Source: an uncultured archaeon
GTDB taxonomy: Archaea; Micrarchaeota; Micrarchaeia; Micrarchaeales; CABMGC01
Assembly (NCBI GenBank): GCA_963787445.1
Contig: CAWBCT010000013.1
Coordinates: 1-64,000 of the forward strand
Direction: 5' to 3'
DNA length: 64,000 bases
Part shown: positions 59,667 through 64,000 of the stretch, in pieces
How positions within the stretch are numbered: position 1 is the stretch's first letter
Layout of the letters: every line of letters starts with the position of its first letter
Made by a program: the position numbers and the translations under genes
The notes under the pieces: generated by a model
Database searches by the model: none
Told to the model about the DNA's origin: nothing
What the model saw: the letters and a program-made list of their open reading frames with translations, nothing else

Positions 59667-59945
59667 CTGGCCTTCTATGGAATTGCGATCACGATGACCA
59701 TAGCCCTGTGCGGATTTTATTTGGCGGCGATCAGCAACGCAACCTCTAATCTGGGTCTCATCGGGCTCCAGATGTATAAATTAGCCTCCATCACCGCTCT
59801 CCAAGCAAGCGGCTCCTCAACGGTAGGAAATCCGCCCTATGCTAACTTATCATTAAGAATAAACGGAGTCTATTCAAAGAACCTGAATGGTTCTACGATT
59901 ATGGGCTACGTTGGTTCGGGATTTTACTGCCTATTTCCGTCATAA
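59667..59945 (+). CDS. Small membrane-anchored protein ending the pilus operon; probable CTG start
   Basis: GGTGA-TTGA-CTG in frame with ATG 59694; hydrophobic N-helix. Confidence 0.55.
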   Translation: MAFYGIAITMTIALCGFYLAAISNATSNLGLIGLQMYKLASITALQASGSSTVGNPPYANLSLRINGVYSKNLNGSTIMGYVGSGFYCLFPS

Positions 59946-60033
59946 AAGAACAAAATATGCAATTTTGTAATACCTCTTGTATTCTTATAGTAATACATAT
60001 ATATCTTTGTAACTGTATAATATTGGTGAATTT

Positions 60034-60252
60034 ATGTCAGAAGTTATAACTCTTCGGGTAAGCCATGAGACAAAAAGGCTCATGAATCAGATGGACATAA
60101 ATTGGAGTGAGGAAATCCGGGGATACATAGAAGGAAGAACAAAATCTTTCCACCTGCATGGTCTACTGAATAGGATCAAGAAAAATGCAAAACAAATCAA
60201 AGTCAACACAGACAGCACCCGGCTGGTAAGAGCAGATCGTGATGCCAGATGA
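60034..60252 (+). CDS. vapB: VapB-type antitoxin
   Basis: VITLRV..ETKRLM...INWSEEIR; ATGA overlap with vapC. Confidence 0.88.
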   Translation: MSEVITLRVSHETKRLMNQMDINWSEEIRGYIEGRTKSFHLHGLLNRIKKNAKQIKVNTDSTRLVRADRDAR

Positions 60253-60671
60253 CCGTAATAGACTCAAGCGCCCTCATCAAGCTGCTTATAACTGAAAATG
60301 GCTCTGCCGAAGCCACGAAAGTCTTCTATTCGCTTACCGGCAAAGGCGAACCGCTGATCGCCCCGGATATAATTTTTTCAGAAGTCATGAATGGCCTATG
60401 GAAGCACAATGTCCTGCTGAAGGACATAACTGACAAGAAACTCGGAATGGCCAGGGAGAGCCTGGAGCTGGTGTATGCAGACCTAGAAATATCCAAGGCA
60501 ACAGAACTGGCAGAAGACTCCATTCGGATAGGCATGGCCCACAAGATTACTTTTTATGATTCTTTGTATGTTGCATTGAGCCTTAATACCAACTCTCCGT
60601 TATTCACGTTTGACAAATACCTTAAAAGCAAAGCAGAAGAGATTGGGTTTGAGGTATTAAATTTAAGCTAG
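60249..60671 (+). CDS. vapC: VapC PIN-domain toxin
   Basis: VIDSSALIK, SEVMN, TFYDSLYVAL, FTFD. Confidence 0.93.
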   Translation: MTVIDSSALIKLLITENGSAEATKVFYSLTGKGEPLIAPDIIFSEVMNGLWKHNVLLKDITDKKLGMARESLELVYADLEISKATELAEDSIRIGMAHKITFYDSLYVALSLNTNSPLFTFDKYLKSKAEEIGFEVLNLS

Positions 60672-60702
60672 CTGCTAGGGTCTGTATAGGATTCAGAAAG
60701 AG

Positions 60703-60903
60703 TCATACTTCAGAACGGGCGCTCTTGTACCTGCCGCGCTTCTTAAGGTCGCTCCAGCAGTCCTTGCAGATGAAGGCCTTCTCGGTCTTGCTCACGCGCT
60801 TCGAGCTCTTGAGGCAGTCGTAGCACACCTTTCTGCTGCAGTAGCCGCATACGTTGTACTTGTATGCCTCTCGACCGCATCGCTCACATAACATAGAACT
60901 CAC
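60703..60903 (-). CDS. Small zinc-finger protein
   Basis: Four CxxC motifs in 66 aa. Confidence 0.8.
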   Translation of the reverse strand: MSSMLCERCGREAYKYNVCGYCSRKVCYDCLKSSKRVSKTEKAFICKDCWSDLKKRGRYKSARSEV

Positions 60904-61052
60904 TGTGCTTCTATATTAGGATAACAAATGTATATAAATGGTGCAGAATCAGGCCGGCAAAACCTGCTGCCCAAGAAATTCAGCCGCCATAACGTCAGAA
61001 AGGCTTTAAATACATATCTATTAATAAGATATTGCGACCACAGAGTGTCTTC

Positions 61053-64000
61053 ATGCTTTATCTGAAGTCATTGGCTATAAACAAGTTCAAATCCTTCAAT
61101 CACGCTGAGCTGCTGATCGACAAGGGCTTCACGTGCATAATAGGCCCCAACGGGAGCGGAAAGAGCACCATCTGCGACGCGGCGCTCTTCGCGCTTGGCG
61201 AGAACTCGCTGAAGCGCCTGAGGGTAAACCGCTACGACAACCTAATTAGACAGTCAAAGGATGGGAAGGACAAGCTGAGGACCGCCTACGTCCGCATGGA
61301 GTTCGGCGGCGATCAGGACCTCTCCATAACGCGTTTCACAAGAAGCGACGGAAAGACGAAATACAAGGTTAACGGCAAGAACATGAAGCGCTTCGAGGTT
61401 CTTGAGCTGCTTGCGCAGCACGGGATAAGCACCGACGAGACCAACACGATTGTTCAGGGAGAGATTGCGCAGCTCGGCCAGATGAACCCCTCCCAGCTGC
61501 GCGAACTGATTGACATCGCATCCGGAATCAGGGAGTTCGACGCCAAGAAGAACGAGTCGCTCAAGGAGCTCGACAAGGTAAACCAGAAGATAGGGGAGGC
61601 AAAGATAAGCCTGAGCGAGCGCAGCGGCTTCCTCAACGAGCTTGCGGCGGAGAAGAAGTCGGCGGAGCAGTACCTGCAGATGAGTGCGAGGCTGAAGGCG
61701 CTCACCTACAGCATCCTTCTGGACAAGAGGGAGACCGCGGAGAAGTCCCTCTCGGAGTTCACCTCAAACCTCGCGATTGCGGATTCAAAGCAACAGTCCG
61801 CATCACAGAAACTTATCGCAGTTAATGCCAATCTTGAAAAGCTCACGGCCGAGAGGCAGAGGCTCACGAAGCAGCTCGGGGAGAGCACGGACAGCATGGG
61901 CTCGACCAAGGCGAAGCTCGAGTCGGTCAACATACAGATCGCGAAGAACGAGGCGGAGATGGCCGCGCTGGTCTCATCAGTGGCAGAGACCAAGAAGCTA
62001 ATTGAATCGACGGAGAACGAGGGCCGAGAGAAGGAGGGAGCGATAGTCAACAACAAGGCAAAGATAGCCCAGCTAGAGAAGGAGCTCGCGCCGCTCGAGG
62101 AGGCGATTAAGAAGGCGAAGATTAAGCCGGAGGAGTTCAAGTCGAATCCTGACAGGATAAAGAAACTGAGCGAGGAGGTGCAGAGGCTTGAGCAGCAGCT
62201 CACCGAGGCAAACGAGCAGGTCTCGCAGATAAATGCGGAGCTCTCCATTTCAGGAAACACCAGATCCTCAAAGTCGTTGGAGCTTGATGCGGCCAACGCG
62301 CGGCTCGCGAAGATGCTTGAAGAGACCCAGGCGCTCGAGAAGCAGCACCAGCAGTCGGGTAAGAAGCACAAGGAGCTTGCGCTGGAGTCGGCCGCACTGG
62401 TAAAGGAGATAGACTCGATAACCACGAGCATCTCCAAACTTGATGATGAACACATCGCGCTGATGGAGCAGAAGGCGTACCTTCAGCCGAGGTCCCAGGC
62501 GCTTCAGGACAAGCTCAAGCAGCAATTCGGGGAGTCGAAGGGCTTCTTCGGAAGGGCGTCGGAGCTGTGCACCTACGATGCGAAGTACGCCTTTGCGGCG
62601 GAATCGGCGGGCGGCTCAAGGCTAGAATATCTCGTGGTGGACACGATCGAGACCGCCAACAAGATGATAGACTACATGAAGAAGAGCGGGCTCGGCAGGG
62701 CGACCTTCATCCCGCTAAGGGACGTCAGCGAACCGCGAGAATCCACTGCACCGAAAGGAGTGCAGCCGGTTCTAAAGTTTGTGAATTATGATTCAAAGTA
62801 TGTGAAGGCGTTCGCCTACATCTTCAGCAACACTTACCTGATCGACAATGTGGCAGATGCGAAGAGTCACGGGATCGGTCGCTACCGCTACGTTACGCTC
62901 GACGGCGACATAGTCGAGCCCGCCGGCGTGGTTTCCGGAGGCTCGATGGGCAAGCGCCAGTCAATGGCATCGCTTACTGCTCGTATGAGCACTGTTCTTG
63001 CTGAAAAGACCAAACTAAAGTCCTCGCTCGAGTCAAAGAACGTTGAACTAGCATCCACAAGAAAGGGCGAGGCCTACGCTGAGATGGAGGTCAAGAGCGC
63101 GCAGTCCCAACTGGACGCCTCATCATCGCAGCTTACGCTTACAAAGAAGGAGATAGCAGAGGCGAGCAAGGCGATAGAGCAGCTGAACAAGAAGGAAGCC
63201 GAGCTCGTCAAGAGCCACACCCAACTGGTGTCGGGTAGGGAGAAGCTTGACAAGTCGCACATCGAGAGGCAGAAGGAGCTCGACGACGCGGTGAGCGAGA
63301 CCGTAGAGCTATCAAAGAAGATGGCGGCGGGAGGGATCACCAAGGAGGAACTTGAGGAGCTTGAGGCGAAGAGGAAGAGCGCCGAGAACCTGCGAATAGG
63401 AAGGGCCTCATCGGAGAAGGAGAACACGATGCTGAATGTGAGGATAACCGAGCTGCAGAAGGAGGCGGGCGACAGGAGGGCAGCGCTCAAGGCGACGGAG
63501 AAGACGATCAAGGCGAAGAACGAGGCGCAGTCCGCGCTGGCGGTGTCAAGGAACTCAATCGAACTTCAGATTTCAAACGCGAACGGGGAGAGCAAGAAGG
63601 TGTTCGAGAAGTTGAGCACGCTCGACAAGGAGCTCGAGAAGGTCGGGATGGAGAAGGGCAAGTTCAGCGCAGAGCTCAACACCCACGAGCGCCAGGTCGG
63701 CGAGCTGAAGATAAGGAGAAGCCAGGTCGAGACGACGCTCAAGGACCTCATCGCGGAACTTTCCATGTACAAGGAGGCGATCGAGCCGGTAAGGCAGCCG
63801 ATCACCGAGATGGAGAACGAGTCGGTGGTGATAAGCTCAAAGCTTAGGGAGATGGGCAACGTCAACCTGAAGGCGCCGGAGCTCTACGCAGAGAAGTCAA
63901 AGGACGTGGAGGAGGCGCGCGGCAAGGTGGAGACGCTTGAAACCGAGCAGCTCGCCATAAGGCGCATGCTCGAGGAGATAGAGTCCAAGAAGCTGCAGAC
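61053..64000 (+). CDS. smc: Chromosome segregation protein SMC, runs off the window (absent from ORF track)
   Basis: Manual translation: MLYLKSLAINKFKSF..IIGPNGSGKST, Q-loop IVQGEI, hinge GRATFIPL and VTLDGD..GVVSGG, GNVNLKA. Confidence 0.96.
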   Translation, partial: MLYLKSLAINKFKSFNHAELLIDKGFTCIIGPNGSGKSTICDAALFALGENSLKRLRVNRYDNLIRQSKDGKDKLRTAYVRMEFGGDQDLSITRFTRSDGKTKYKVNGKNMKRFEVLELLAQHGISTDETNTIVQGEIAQLGQMNPSQLRELIDIASGIREFDAKKNESLKELDKVNQKIGEAKISLSERSGFLNELAAEKKSAEQYLQMSARLKALTYSILLDKRETAEKSLSEFTSNLAIADSKQQSASQKLIAVNANLEKLTAERQRLTKQLGESTDSMGSTKAKLESVNIQIAKNEAEMAALVSSVAETKKLIESTENEGREKEGAIVNNKAKIAQLEKELAPLEEAIKKAKIKPEEFKSNPDRIKKLSEEVQRLEQQLTEANEQVSQINAELSISGNTRSSKSLELDAANARLAKMLEETQALEKQHQQSGKKHKELALESAALVKEIDSITTSISKLDDEHIALMEQKAYLQPRSQALQDKLKQQFGESKGFFGRASELCTYDAKYAFAAESAGGSRLEYLVVDTIETANKMIDYMKKSGLGRATFIPLRDVSEPRESTAPKGVQPVLKFVNYDSKYVKAFAYIFSNTYLIDNVADAKSHGIGRYRYVTLDGDIVEPAGVVSGGSMGKRQSMASLTARMSTVLAEKTKLKSSLESKNVELASTRKGEAYAEMEVKSAQSQLDASSSQLTLTKKEIAEASKAIEQLNKKEAELVKSHTQLVSGREKLDKSHIERQKELDDAVSETVELSKKMAAGGITKEELEELEAKRKSAENLRIGRASSEKENTMLNVRITELQKEAGDRRAALKATEKTIKAKNEAQSALAVSRNSIELQISNANGESKKVFEKLSTLDKELEKVGMEKGKFSAELNTHERQVGELKIRRSQVETTLKDLIAELSMYKEAIEPVRQPITEMENESVVISSKLREMGNVNLKAPELYAEKSKDVEEARGKVETLETEQLAIRRMLEEIESKKLQ

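Noticed and set aside
1-64000. CRISPR array, diversity-generating retroelement, transposase or provirus
   Set aside because: No repeat-spacer array, reverse transcriptase, template/variable repeat pair, transposase or viral hallmark gene was seen by eye.

Overview
Chromosomal segment of a DPANN archaeon, most likely Micrarchaeota. This rests on the S-layer N-terminus, archaeal housekeeping genes (GatDE, Hjc, Rpo6, eS1, GGR), a highly divergent 16S rRNA and unlinked rRNA genes. Contents: an S-layer/glycosylation cluster, a large repeat-containing surface protein, dnaG, transporters (Amt, TauE, NikR-linked metal ABC, ABC-2), tRNA-Asp, tRNA-Gly, stand-alone 5S and 16S rRNA, three toxin-antitoxin pairs, a type IV pilus-like operon and the 5' part of smc. 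Four genes in the first 13 kb are frameshifted, probably through assembly indels. Most notable observations: (1) a signal-peptide protein with the pattern of a 12-stranded bacterial outer-membrane beta-barrel (TorF/Gcw_chp-like) in an archaeon; (2) substitutions, several compensated, at near-universal 16S decoding-centre and pseudoknot positions; (3) at least four SD-led genes that appear to start at CTG; (4) a ~100-nt hairpin RNA/uORF ahead of the toprim-dnaG operon; (5) an integrase-free vapBC islet bounded by a duplicated tRNA-Asp 3' end; (6) two S-layer-adjacent membrane proteins sharing an unnamed 4-Cys domain. All family calls are by motif recognition; no searches were run.
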